The notes under the pieces were generated by a model. It was not told the origin of the DNA and did no database searches. It worked only from the letters and a program-made list of their open reading frames with translations. The position numbers and the translations under genes were made by a program. 64,000 bases of DNA from Clostridia bacterium (lineage in GTDB: Bacteria > CBDUZB01 > JAGLHV01): positions 9,672 to 73,671 of the forward strand of contig DAOVVV010000003.1 of NCBI GenBank assembly GCA_030637025.1, read 5' to 3'. Of this stretch, positions 20,342 to 28,722 are shown one piece after another (positions within the stretch are counted from its first letter, which is position 1; every line of letters begins with the position of its first letter).

Positions 20342-21910
20342 ATGAAAATAAAAAGAGGATTGCATTTTAAATTCGTATCATCTATTACTTTTTTGATAAT
20401 ATTGGTAGCAGCAAGTATTAGTGGATTCTTTTTTAATTATCAAAAAACTCTTTTGACTGACTCCTTGATAAAAAGGGGTCTTTCTTTAGCTAAAAATTTA
20501 GCCTATAATTGTGAATATGGTGTTTTAATTGCCGATAAAACAATCCTTTCTAAACTCATTGATGGAATACTTAAAGAGCCTGATCTAATTTACGCTTCAA
20601 TCCAAGATAAAAGGGGAGAAATTCTCTCCCAGCGAAAACTTAATAAAATAGACATACCTGAATATAAAAAACCTATTCAGCCAATAAATAAATATTCTGT
20701 TAATTTTTCTCTTTCTTCCGGCCAAAAGATATGCCAGATACTGGTTCCAATAAGTATTCAGACAGATAAAAAAGAAATAGAAATGGAAGAAATGATGTTT
20801 ATAGATAAAGCCGAGTCTGAAAAAAAAATAACAGAAGTAATAGGTTTAGTTCACATAGGACTTTCTTTAAAAAAAATGGATTTCCTCCTTGTTCAAATCA
20901 CCAAAAAAATCGGATTAATAACTATCTGTATCATTATCATTGGGATAGGGGGAGCAATACTTTTAATCAGTGCCATTGTAAAACCTATACGAACATTAAT
21001 TGATGAAGCCCGAAAAATTGCCAAAGGTAATTTAAATCGACAGGTACCAATATATTCCCATGATGAAATAGGGGAACTATCCTCCGCTTTTAACCGGATG
21101 GTAAAAGAATTACAAAAATCAAAAAAAGAAATGGAACATTACAATAAAACCCTGGAAGAAAAAGTAGAAGAACGGACAAAAAAACTGAAAGATGCTCAAT
21201 CCCAATTAATTCAATCAGCAAAAATGGCCGCTATCGGACAATTAGGAGCTAGCGTAGCACATGAATTAAACAACCCTCTTGGCGGTATTTTAGGCTATGC
21301 ACAACATCTTTTAAACAAAATAAAAAAAACGGACTTTCGTGTAGTTGATTTCAAAAAATGCGAAAAAAATTTAACTTATATAGAAATAGAGGCTCAGCGT
21401 TGTAAAGAAATTGTAGAAAACCTGCTTATTTTTTCGCGAAAGCCTGTTTCCCCCCAAAAACCCCTTAATCTAAAACTAGTATTAGAAACTACACTTTTTG
21501 TATTGAACCACTCTCTCTCTTCACACAATATAAAAGTAATTTCCCATGTCGACCCGGATTTAAAAAAAGTAATCGGAGATGCTAACCAGTTACAACAAGT
21601 TTTTACTAATATAATTATAAATTCCCAGCATGCTATGCAAAAGGAAGGGACACTAACCATTATTGCTCAAAATAAAAATAAAAATGAGATTGAAGTGTCT
21701 TTTTCCGATACGGGTTGTGGAATTTCCAGAGAGAATATAAATAAAATTTTTGAACCGTTTTTTACTACGAAACAAGATCATAAAGGAACAGGTCTTGGAC
21801 TATCTATCAGCTATGAAATCATCAAAAAACATCAAGGAAAAATAAAAGTAAAAAGTGAAATAGGAAAAGGAACTACTTTTACTATCATATTAGCAATCTG
21901 TAAAGCTTAA
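20342..21910 (+). CDS. sensor histidine kinase (TM-sensor-TM-HAMP-HisKA-HATPase)
   Basis: 522 aa, with AGAGG before the ATG. The H-box is ASVAHELNNPLGG, the G1 box DTGCGI and the G2 box GTGLGLS. Confidence 0.92.
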   Translation: MKIKRGLHFKFVSSITFLIILVAASISGFFFNYQKTLLTDSLIKRGLSLAKNLAYNCEYGVLIADKTILSKLIDGILKEPDLIYASIQDKRGEILSQRKLNKIDIPEYKKPIQPINKYSVNFSLSSGQKICQILVPISIQTDKKEIEMEEMMFIDKAESEKKITEVIGLVHIGLSLKKMDFLLVQITKKIGLITICIIIIGIGGAILLISAIVKPIRTLIDEARKIAKGNLNRQVPIYSHDEIGELSSAFNRMVKELQKSKKEMEHYNKTLEEKVEERTKKLKDAQSQLIQSAKMAAIGQLGASVAHELNNPLGGILGYAQHLLNKIKKTDFRVVDFKKCEKNLTYIEIEAQRCKEIVENLLIFSRKPVSPQKPLNLKLVLETTLFVLNHSLSSHNIKVISHVDPDLKKVIGDANQLQQVFTNIIINSQHAMQKEGTLTIIAQNKNKNEIEVSFSDTGCGISRENINKIFEPFFTTKQDHKGTGLGLSISYEIIKKHQGKIKVKSEIGKGTTFTIILAICKA

Positions 21911-21930
21911 AAAAAATCAAGGAGAAAATT

Positions 21931-23448
21931 ATGAGCTGGGGGAAAATACTAGTAATAGATGATGAAGAAATTATGTGCCATCTACTTTCTGACTTATTAA
22001 AAGATAAGGGCTACAGTGTTAAATATGCCCAAACAGGTAAAGAAGGAATACAATCGGCACAAAAAGAATCTTTTGATGTGGTTATAACCGATATAAAAAT
22101 ACCTGATATGAACGGTGTTGAAATCCTGGCTAAACTTAAAGCTATCGACTCTTCTATAATCGTTATCGTAATTACAGCTTTTGGAACCATGGAAACTGCA
22201 CAACAAGCATTACGACTGGGTGCTTACGACTATATTACCAAACCTTTTGATGTAGAAAAAATTTCTTTTGTAGTAAAAAGGGCTCTCTCTTCGAAAAAAA
22301 TGATGCTTACCAATAAAAAATTAATGTATAAATTACAAAAACAAAATCAACTCCTGGAAAAAAAAGTAAAAGAAAGAACCCAACAATTAACTCTTCTTTA
22401 TAAAATAGGCATAGAACTTTCTTCTTCTTTAAAATTAGAAAAGGTTCTCCAGAATATAGTTGAAAAAGTTACTTCTCTTCTGAATTTAGAAATTTGTTCT
22501 ATCCTTTTATGGAATAATGAAAAAGAAGAATTATCCATTAAATGCGCTCAGGGTTTAAGTGATGACATTATCCGTACAACAAGAATTAAAAAAAATGACG
22601 CAATATCCGGATGGGTATTCGAAAAAAATACTCCTTTATTTATTACAGATATAGAAGACGACCCCCGTTTTAAAAAAAGGTCTCAGGAAAAATACTATAC
22701 CAGATCATTGATAAGCGTACCTTTATCCAGAGAAAACAATGTCATTGGAATAATAAACATTAATAACAAAAAAACAAAAAAACCTTTTAGTAAGGATGAT
22801 TTTAATCTACTTAAAGAAATAGCTATAGAAGCAACTATCGCTATTGAAAATGCCACCCTTTACAAAAAACTACAAGACACACATCTACGTACTATTACCG
22901 CTTTAACCGCAGCTATCGACGCAAAAGATCATTATACCCGCCACCATTCTGAACAAGTAACTAAATATGCTATAGCTATTGCCACCAAAATGCAGTTAGA
23001 TTCTTCTGAAATAGAAACAATCAAGCAAGCCGGTCAATTACATGACATAGGTAAAATAGGAATTCCCGATTATATCCTGACTAAACCGGGAAAATTAAAT
23101 GCTCAGGAATGGAGGGAAGTAAAACTTCATCCTATACGGGGGGAAGAAATACTGGAACCCTTAAATTATTTAAAAAAGGTAATTAAAATAATTAAACAAC
23201 ATCATGAACACTATAATGGAGCAGGCTACCCCGCCGGAAAAAAAGGGACTGATATCGAATTGGGAGCCCGTATAATGACCATCGCTGATGCTTTTGATGC
23301 CATGACTTCAGAAAGGCCTTATCGTAAAAAACTTTCCGTTGTAAGTGCAATTGAGGAACTGGAAAGAAATAAAGGAACTCAATTTGATCCGGAAATAGTA
23401 GATGTTTTTATAAGCGTTTTAAAGAAAAACCCTGATTTGATTACCTGA
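21931..23448 (+). CDS. response regulator with REC-GAF-HD-GYP architecture (c-di-GMP phosphodiesterase type)
   Basis: 505 aa. REC shows ILVIDDEE...FDVVITDIKIPDMNG, followed by a central GAF-like region. HD-GYP motifs are HHSEQV, LHDIGKIGIPD and HHEHYNGAGYPAGKKG. Confidence 0.9.
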   Translation: MSWGKILVIDDEEIMCHLLSDLLKDKGYSVKYAQTGKEGIQSAQKESFDVVITDIKIPDMNGVEILAKLKAIDSSIIVIVITAFGTMETAQQALRLGAYDYITKPFDVEKISFVVKRALSSKKMMLTNKKLMYKLQKQNQLLEKKVKERTQQLTLLYKIGIELSSSLKLEKVLQNIVEKVTSLLNLEICSILLWNNEKEELSIKCAQGLSDDIIRTTRIKKNDAISGWVFEKNTPLFITDIEDDPRFKKRSQEKYYTRSLISVPLSRENNVIGIININNKKTKKPFSKDDFNLLKEIAIEATIAIENATLYKKLQDTHLRTITALTAAIDAKDHYTRHHSEQVTKYAIAIATKMQLDSSEIETIKQAGQLHDIGKIGIPDYILTKPGKLNAQEWREVKLHPIRGEEILEPLNYLKKVIKIIKQHHEHYNGAGYPAGKKGTDIELGARIMTIADAFDAMTSERPYRKKLSVVSAIEELERNKGTQFDPEIVDVFISVLKKNPDLIT

Positions 23449-23511
23449 TTTGCTTATTGAATAATCACCCAGCTAAAACTTATCCCCTATTTAATCTTTT
23501 AAGAAAAAAAC

Positions 23512-23633
23512 TCTGTAGTCGAATTGATCCTGAGTACACTTCGCTGAGTTTATCCTGAGCACTTCGCTTAGCTCAGCATAAACTCCCTTGTAGGAAGTCG
23601 AAGGGTATCGGGTTTAATTCCCCGCAGCTTGAT
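23512..23633. repeat. GC-rich REP-like element, copy C (inverted relative to A/B)
   Basis: TCTGTAGTCGAATTGAT and TGTAGGAAGTCGAAGGGT are reverse complements of segments of copy A. It contains a ~22-nt direct duplication (ATCCTGAG(T)ACACTTCGCTGAG / ATCCTGAGCACTTCGCTTAG). It fills the convergent gap between the HD-GYP gene and coaBC and abuts the coaBC stop codon. Confidence 0.75.
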
Positions 23634-24833
23634 TTAAGGAAAGAAATCCAGAACTTTATTAATAATAAAAGAAGCAACTATTTTTTTGTCCCTAAAAGGA
23701 TATTTTTCTATATTCTTTTTTCGGTCAATAATAATTATTCTATTAGTTTGTTTTCCAAAAGATTCTTTTACTTTATTTGCCACAATAAAATCTAAATTTT
23801 TTCTAATTAATTTATTCCATGCATTTTTTTGTAAATGATCTGTTTCGGCAGCAAATCCAACTAAAATTTTATTCCCTTTTTTCTTTCCCAGGTCAGCAAG
23901 AATATCCGCAGTTTTTACTAATGAAACTTTAAGTTTTTCGCCTTTTTTAATCTTTCCTTTTTGCACCTTATCCGGACGCCAATCAGAAACCGCCGCAGCA
24001 GAAATAATAACATCGGCTAAAGGGAAATATCTTTTAACTTCTTTTTCCATCTCCAATGCACTTTTTATATAAATAATCTTAACTCCTAAAAGAGAAGGCA
24101 AATGAGTAGGCCCGCTTATTAAAGTCACCTCTGCCCCTCTTTCCTGAGCCTCCTGGGCCAAAGCATATCCCATTTTACCCGAAGAAAGGTTGGAAAGAAA
24201 TCTTACCGGATCTAAATACTCCCGAGTAGGTCCAGCTGTAATTAGAATATTTTTATTTTTTAAATCTTTATTTTTTGCTTCTCTTTCTCTTAATATTTTT
24301 TCTATCTTACCTACAATTTCATCTATCCTTAATAATCTACCCTCTCCTTTTACCCCACAGGCTAAATCGCCGTGTTCAGGACCGGCAAAGATAAACTTTT
24401 TTCCTTTTAGTTTTTTTATGTTTTCCTGAACAATTTCGTTCTTATACATGTTTTCATTCATAGAAGGACAAATTAAAATGGGAACCCTGGCAGCTAAAAT
24501 TAAACTGGTTAGTAAATCATCAGCCAACCCGCCTGCTAATTTTCCGATAATGTTTGCAGTAGCAGGTGCAATTAAAACCATATCAGCGGACTGTGCTAAA
24601 GATATATGGTTAATCTCCCATTTTGAAGGCTCCCCAAAAATATCTTCCACTACCGGATTTCCGGATATCGTTTGCAGCGTTAAAGGAGTAATAAACTGCT
24701 TTGCGGATTTAGTCATCACACAAACCACTTTCGCCTGCAATTTAACTAACTTCCTTACTAAGTCACAAACTTTATAAGCTGCGATACTACCGGTAATCCC
24801 TAAAACAATAGTTTTATCCTTTAACAATATCAT
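23634..24833 (-). CDS. coaBC: bifunctional phosphopantothenoylcysteine decarboxylase / phosphopantothenate-cysteine ligase
   Basis: 399 aa with the flavoprotein N-domain motif IVLGITGSIAAYK and the CoaB domain motif ITAGPTREYLDPVRFLSNLSSGKMG. Confidence 0.93.
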   Translation of the reverse strand: MILLKDKTIVLGITGSIAAYKVCDLVRKLVKLQAKVVCVMTKSAKQFITPLTLQTISGNPVVEDIFGEPSKWEINHISLAQSADMVLIAPATANIIGKLAGGLADDLLTSLILAARVPILICPSMNENMYKNEIVQENIKKLKGKKFIFAGPEHGDLACGVKGEGRLLRIDEIVGKIEKILREREAKNKDLKNKNILITAGPTREYLDPVRFLSNLSSGKMGYALAQEAQERGAEVTLISGPTHLPSLLGVKIIYIKSALEMEKEVKRYFPLADVIISAAAVSDWRPDKVQKGKIKKGEKLKVSLVKTADILADLGKKKGNKILVGFAAETDHLQKNAWNKLIRKNLDFIVANKVKESFGKQTNRIIIIDRKKNIEKYPFRDKKIVASFIINKVLDFFP

Positions 24834-24919
24834 ACCCTCTTAAATAAAAAAACCGGATTTTCTATTTTCGCAAAAGTTTTCTATCTTTTTCCTAAAATAG
24901 ATTTTTATATCTCATCTCA

Positions 24920-25192
24920 TCATTTTTTACTCGTAACCGGTTCCTTTTGGGAAGACTCCTCCTTGTTTTTCTTTTCCCCTTCTAATACGCTCCTAATCTC
25001 CTTTTGATTTACTTTTTTTGATAGTATATCTAAAATAGATTCCCTGGTTAAAAAATAAGTGTTCTTGAATTCCTGATTTTTTTTCTTTTTTAAAATTCTA
25101 GTATACTGAACAGCCAAAAATACTAACTTATACTTACACATCTTAGTATCCAATATTTTTTCATTTAACAAACCATCTTTTTCCTCATTCAT
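24920..25192 (-). CDS. rpoZ: DNA-directed RNA polymerase omega subunit (probable)
   Basis: 90 aa. CKYKLVFLAVQYTRIL resembles the omega core (N-R-Y-x-L-V-x-x-A-x-x-R-A). It occupies the conserved gmk-rpoZ-coaBC position. Confidence 0.6.
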   Translation of the reverse strand: MNEEKDGLLNEKILDTKMCKYKLVFLAVQYTRILKKKKNQEFKNTYFLTRESILDILSKKVNQKEIRSVLEGEKKNKEESSQKEPVTSKK

Positions 25193-25252
25193 TTTTACTC
25201 CTCCTTTTTTTAAATAATTAATTATTCTACGATAAACGCTACATACTAATAT

Positions 25253-25894
25253 TTAGGCCGAGAAATTATCCAGTGCTTTTTTCAAATAAAAATTCCTTGT
25301 TCTCATTTGTTCACTTTGGATTACATTTTTTAAATGCTCTGTTGCTTTATTGATGCTATCATTTATAATTAAGTAATCATAATTTTTTATTTCTTTTAAT
25401 TCTTTTCTTACATTATCTAACCTTGTTTTTATTGTTTTTTCATCATCTTTCTTTCTTGCCCGCAATCTTCTTTCTAATATTCTCAAAGAAGGAGGAATCA
25501 CAAATATTAAAACTGTATTAAAAGGATATCTCTTTTTTATCTTTATTCCTCCCTGAACATCAACATCTGAAATTACATTATTTCCCTTCTTTAAACAACC
25601 TTCCAAAAAATATCTGGGAGTACCGTAATAATGTCCATGAACTATTGCCCATTCAGACATTTTTTTCTCTTTGATTTTTTTTATAAATTCTTCTTTAGAA
25701 GTAAAAAAATAATCCTTACCGTCTTTTTCTCCTTTACGGCCCGGGCGGGTAGTCATTGATATAGAAAATCTCAGATTAGGAATAATTTTTAGGATTCGTT
25801 TACACAAAGTAGTTTTACCCCCTCCGGAAGGGGCAGAAAGAACAAACATTATTCCCCTAAACATATCATCATTTTTTTTATACTTTTTATCCAT
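25253..25894 (-). CDS. gmk: guanylate kinase
   Basis: 213 aa with P-loop FVLSAPSGGGKTTL and the TTRPGRKGEKDGKDYFF motif. The true start could be an internal Met (M11 or M16). Confidence 0.92.
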   Translation of the reverse strand: MDKKYKKNDDMFRGIMFVLSAPSGGGKTTLCKRILKIIPNLRFSISMTTRPGRKGEKDGKDYFFTSKEEFIKKIKEKKMSEWAIVHGHYYGTPRYFLEGCLKKGNNVISDVDVQGGIKIKKRYPFNTVLIFVIPPSLRILERRLRARKKDDEKTIKTRLDNVRKELKEIKNYDYLIINDSINKATEHLKNVIQSEQMRTRNFYLKKALDNFSA

Positions 25895-25987
25895 TTTATA
25901 TTACCTTATTAAAATAAACAAGACCCGCCTTATCCGCTAATCCACAAGGCGGAGCGGACAGGCAATCTAACCCAATAAAACCAATTC

Positions 25988-26049
25988 AACTGTCTTTTAA
26001 CTGTCTTTTAACTGTCTTTTAACTGTCTTTTAACCGTCTTTTATCTTTT
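25988..26049. repeat. tandem 11-nt repeat AACTGTCTTTT x4, plus one variant (AACCGTCTTTT) and a truncated unit
   Basis: Read directly from the sequence. Units are at 25988, 25999, 26010, 26021 and 26032, with a partial unit at 26043. Confidence 0.95.
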
Positions 26050-26073
26050 AACTTTGCTGAAGCGAAGCGAAAG

Positions 26074-26094
26074 TCCACCAATCTTTAAGGTGGA
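26074..26094. repeat. 21-nt hairpin TCCACC-AATCTTTAA-GGTGGA (family partner inverted at 43963..43983)
   Basis: 6-bp stem and 9-nt loop. The partner differs by a compensatory A-T to G-C pair. The flanking TTGCTGAAGCGAAGCGA is also shared. Confidence 0.8.
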
Positions 26095-26216
26095 TGCCTC
26101 TGTGCCTTGATGCCTTTGTGTCTTTTCTTTTGCCATTTGCACCTTTTGTCCATGAACTATGGCCTGTCGATTATGGACGAACTGTTATCTATTCACCATT
26201 TTTTATCGCCAAATAT

Positions 26217-27185
26217 TTAATATTTATAATTCTTTTCTAATATTTCCAATATCTCTTTGAAATCATCAGATAACGGCGCTGTAATTTTCATTCTTTTTTT
26301 CCGTTCGGGATGTAAAAATTCCAATTCGCATGCATGTAATAATTGCCTTTTTACCTTTTTTTCTCCCACGTTCCATTTTGTAGAATATTCCCTGTCTCCT
26401 AATATTGGATAACCTATATAAGCAAAATGAACCCTAATCTGATGCGTACGCCCTGTTTTAGGCTTAACTTCCAATAAAGTAAAACACTTAAAGCGTTTTA
26501 ATACTTTAAACCGGGTAATTGCTTCTTTATTTACCGGAGCACCTACTGCCATTTTTTTTCTTTCATGTGCCGCCCTTCCTATCGGAGCAATAATTTCTCC
26601 TTTTTTATCTTTTAGTTCCCCTGCAACTAACGCCCAATAAGTTTTTTTAACTTTTCTTTCTTGAAATTGTTTGGCCAAAAAAAATTGGGCTGTTTTTGTT
26701 TTGGCTACCAATATTAATCCTGAAGTATCCTTGTCTAAACGATGAACAATTCCCGGCCGATTATCCTCAAAAACAACAAATTCTTTCCATGAAGAAGATT
26801 TTTTTTTATCTTTAGCTAAAGAATCCCTGGCATAATATAAAAGAGCATTGACTAACGTTCCATCTCTATGGCCACATGCCGGATGAACAACCATCCCTGC
26901 CGGTTTATTTAAACCAATTATATCTTTATCCTCATATATTATATCCAGAGAAATATTTTGCGCTTCGATATTTTCATTTTTCTCCGGTAAAAAATTGACT
27001 TCTATAATCTCTTCTCTTTTTACTAAATAATTAGCTTTCGGAAAAACCTCTCCTATCTTTACTTTTTGTTCCCGAATTAATTTCTGGAAATAATTCCGGG
27101 AATAATCAGGAAAATAATCAGACAGATAAACATCCAACCTGATTTTTTCTTTAAGACTTATAACTTTAACTATTTTAGAGGACAT
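26217..27185 (-). CDS. rluD: 23S rRNA pseudouridine synthase, RluA/RluD family
   Basis: 322 aa with an S4-like N-terminus, the catalytic motif GIVHRLDKDTSGLILVAKT, and GRTHQIRVHFAYIGYPILGD. Confidence 0.9.
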   Translation of the reverse strand: MSSKIVKVISLKEKIRLDVYLSDYFPDYSRNYFQKLIREQKVKIGEVFPKANYLVKREEIIEVNFLPEKNENIEAQNISLDIIYEDKDIIGLNKPAGMVVHPACGHRDGTLVNALLYYARDSLAKDKKKSSSWKEFVVFEDNRPGIVHRLDKDTSGLILVAKTKTAQFFLAKQFQERKVKKTYWALVAGELKDKKGEIIAPIGRAAHERKKMAVGAPVNKEAITRFKVLKRFKCFTLLEVKPKTGRTHQIRVHFAYIGYPILGDREYSTKWNVGEKKVKRQLLHACELEFLHPERKKRMKITAPLSDDFKEILEILEKNYKY

Positions 27186-27187
27186 TT

Positions 27188-27964
27188 TTAACCTATTATT
27201 TTTTCTATTTTTTGGTTATTCTTAAGTTTATAATGAACTATCAGCCCCAAACACAAAAAAAGAACAGCTATCATTTGAAAAACAGAAAAACCAAATAACA
27301 TCGGCCCTCTTTCATCACCCCTGAAAAATTCTATAAAAAACCGGAAAAAAGCATAACTAATAATATAAAATAAAAATATTTGTCCTTTATAATGTTTATG
27401 CTTTTCTATTTGTAATAAAAAAAGGAAAATAATAAAGTTACCTACAGAAGAATATAGCTGTACCGGATGCATTCTAATGCCTAAAGGAGCCAAACTATAA
27501 GGATTGCTAAATGTTATTCCCAAGCACGAAGAAGAAACTTTGCCATAACAGCATCCGGCAAAAAAACAACCTATCCTTCCGATACTATGTCCTAAAGCAA
27601 TCACCGGTGCATATAAATCCGCTATTCTCCCTAAATTAAGCCTTTTCTTAAATATAAAAATAATGACACCTAAAACAGCAGCCACAAATCCACCATAAAA
27701 AACCAATCCACCCTTCCAGATTTTAAAAATTTCCACAGGATTATAAATATAAAAAGAAAAATTTATTAACCCCTCTAAAATCCTCGCTCCGATAATACCG
27801 GAAATTAAAATAATTAAACTTAAATCATAAATAATTTCATCTTCTATCCCAACTTTTTTCGCTCTATAAATAACTACTTTTAAACTAATTAAAAAGGCTA
27901 TGGCCATAAAAAAACCATAGGTATGAATAGTAAAGAAAGGGGTTTTTAATAATACTGGATACAT
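27188..27964 (-). CDS. lgt: prolipoprotein diacylglyceryl transferase
   Basis: 258 aa, polytopic, with GRIGCFFAGCCYG and the GGLVFYGGF motif. Confidence 0.9.
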   Translation of the reverse strand: MYPVLLKTPFFTIHTYGFFMAIAFLISLKVVIYRAKKVGIEDEIIYDLSLIILISGIIGARILEGLINFSFYIYNPVEIFKIWKGGLVFYGGFVAAVLGVIIFIFKKRLNLGRIADLYAPVIALGHSIGRIGCFFAGCCYGKVSSSCLGITFSNPYSLAPLGIRMHPVQLYSSVGNFIIFLFLLQIEKHKHYKGQIFLFYIISYAFFRFFIEFFRGDERGPMLFGFSVFQMIAVLFLCLGLIVHYKLKNNQKIEKIIG

Positions 27965-27978
27965 TTTTGCTCCTTAAA

Positions 27979-28494
27979 CTAAAAAACCGGTTTAAATTTT
28001 TTTCCTAAAATTGTAAATAAAAAAATGATAGAAATTCCTATACAAATAAAAGTATCAGCAAAATTAAAAATAGGCCAGATGCGGAAATCAAAAAAATCAA
28101 CTACTTCCCCTCTGAATATACGGTCAAAAAGATTACCTAAAATACCTCCTAAAATAAAACCCAGGGGTAACCTTAAAAAAAATTCTTCTTTATTTAATTT
28201 TTTGTATAGCCCAACAACCATTATTATTCCTACAAAAGAAATTAGAATAAAAATAAAATTTCCTTGCGGAAAAATACCAAAAGCAGCTCCTCTATTTACA
28301 ATATAGGTGAAATGAAAAACATTTTTTATTATGGGTATGGATTGCCCCATATCCATCTTATTAACCACCAATAATTTAGTGGCCATATCTAAAAAAAAGA
28401 CAGCTAAGGCAACCAGATAAAACATGATTAATATACTATCCCCTCTATATTTTTTATTGTAAACATAAATACATAAACAGCCCATAGCCCACAT
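27979..28494 (-). CDS. lspA: lipoprotein signal peptidase II
   Basis: YIVNRGAAFG and VVDFFDFRIWPIFNFADTFI are present. The ORF-track start at 28494 gives an atypical 23-aa leader. ATG 28425 (MFYLVALAVFFLD) is the more typical start. Confidence 0.88.
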   Translation of the reverse strand: MWAMGCLCIYVYNKKYRGDSILIMFYLVALAVFFLDMATKLLVVNKMDMGQSIPIIKNVFHFTYIVNRGAAFGIFPQGNFIFILISFVGIIMVVGLYKKLNKEEFFLRLPLGFILGGILGNLFDRIFRGEVVDFFDFRIWPIFNFADTFICIGISIIFLFTILGKKFKPVF

Positions 28495-28553
28495 TATGAA
28501 TTAAAAATGTCTTGTACTAAAATAGTTGACACTTTTTTATATCCTTTAAAATT

Positions 28554-28711
28554 AAAGGTAAAATGTGTTTTGAACGACTTAGCAAATTTTAACAAAAACA
28601 TGCGCAAAAAAAATGAGCCTGTTTGAACAAAGCGAGTTGCTCATTTTTAACCTGTTTTTGTGTGCCCGAAGGGTAAAATTATGCGTTTAGAGAAAAACAC
28701 ATTTTAGCTTT
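28554..28711. repeat. 158-nt palindromic (MITE-like or structured-RNA) element, full copy 1
   Basis: Terminal arms AAAGGTAAAATGTGTTTT / AAAACACATTTTAGCTTT are complementary. Inner arms are at 28592..28602 and 28651..28661. The central hairpin is ATGAGC/GCTCAT (28613..28618 and 28639..28644). It has the same length as the copy at 54938..55095 and about 85% identity to it. Confidence 0.85.
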
Positions 28712-28722
28712 AATAAACACCC

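Noticed and set aside
23570-23633. tRNA-like features: GCTTAGCTCAGC (D-arm-like) and CGGG-TTTAATTC-CCCG (T-arm-like).
   Set aside because: No complementary acceptor stem could be built. The T-loop lacks the conserved TTCRA. The segment is a copy of the REP-like family also present at 15844 and 16735.
28613-28690. A 25-codon ORF inside the 158-nt element (MSLFEQSELLIFNLFLCARRVKLCV), with a partly frame-conserved counterpart at 55003 and several synonymous-looking differences (CTG/TTA, CTC/CTT, GAA/GAG).
   Set aside because: The ATG position is not conserved (ATG versus ATA, with a new ATG 6 nt downstream), and the stop is lost in copy 2. There is no Shine-Dalgarno sequence. The same substitutions are explained by stem-preserving covariation. 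The sample of two copies is too small to claim coding selection.
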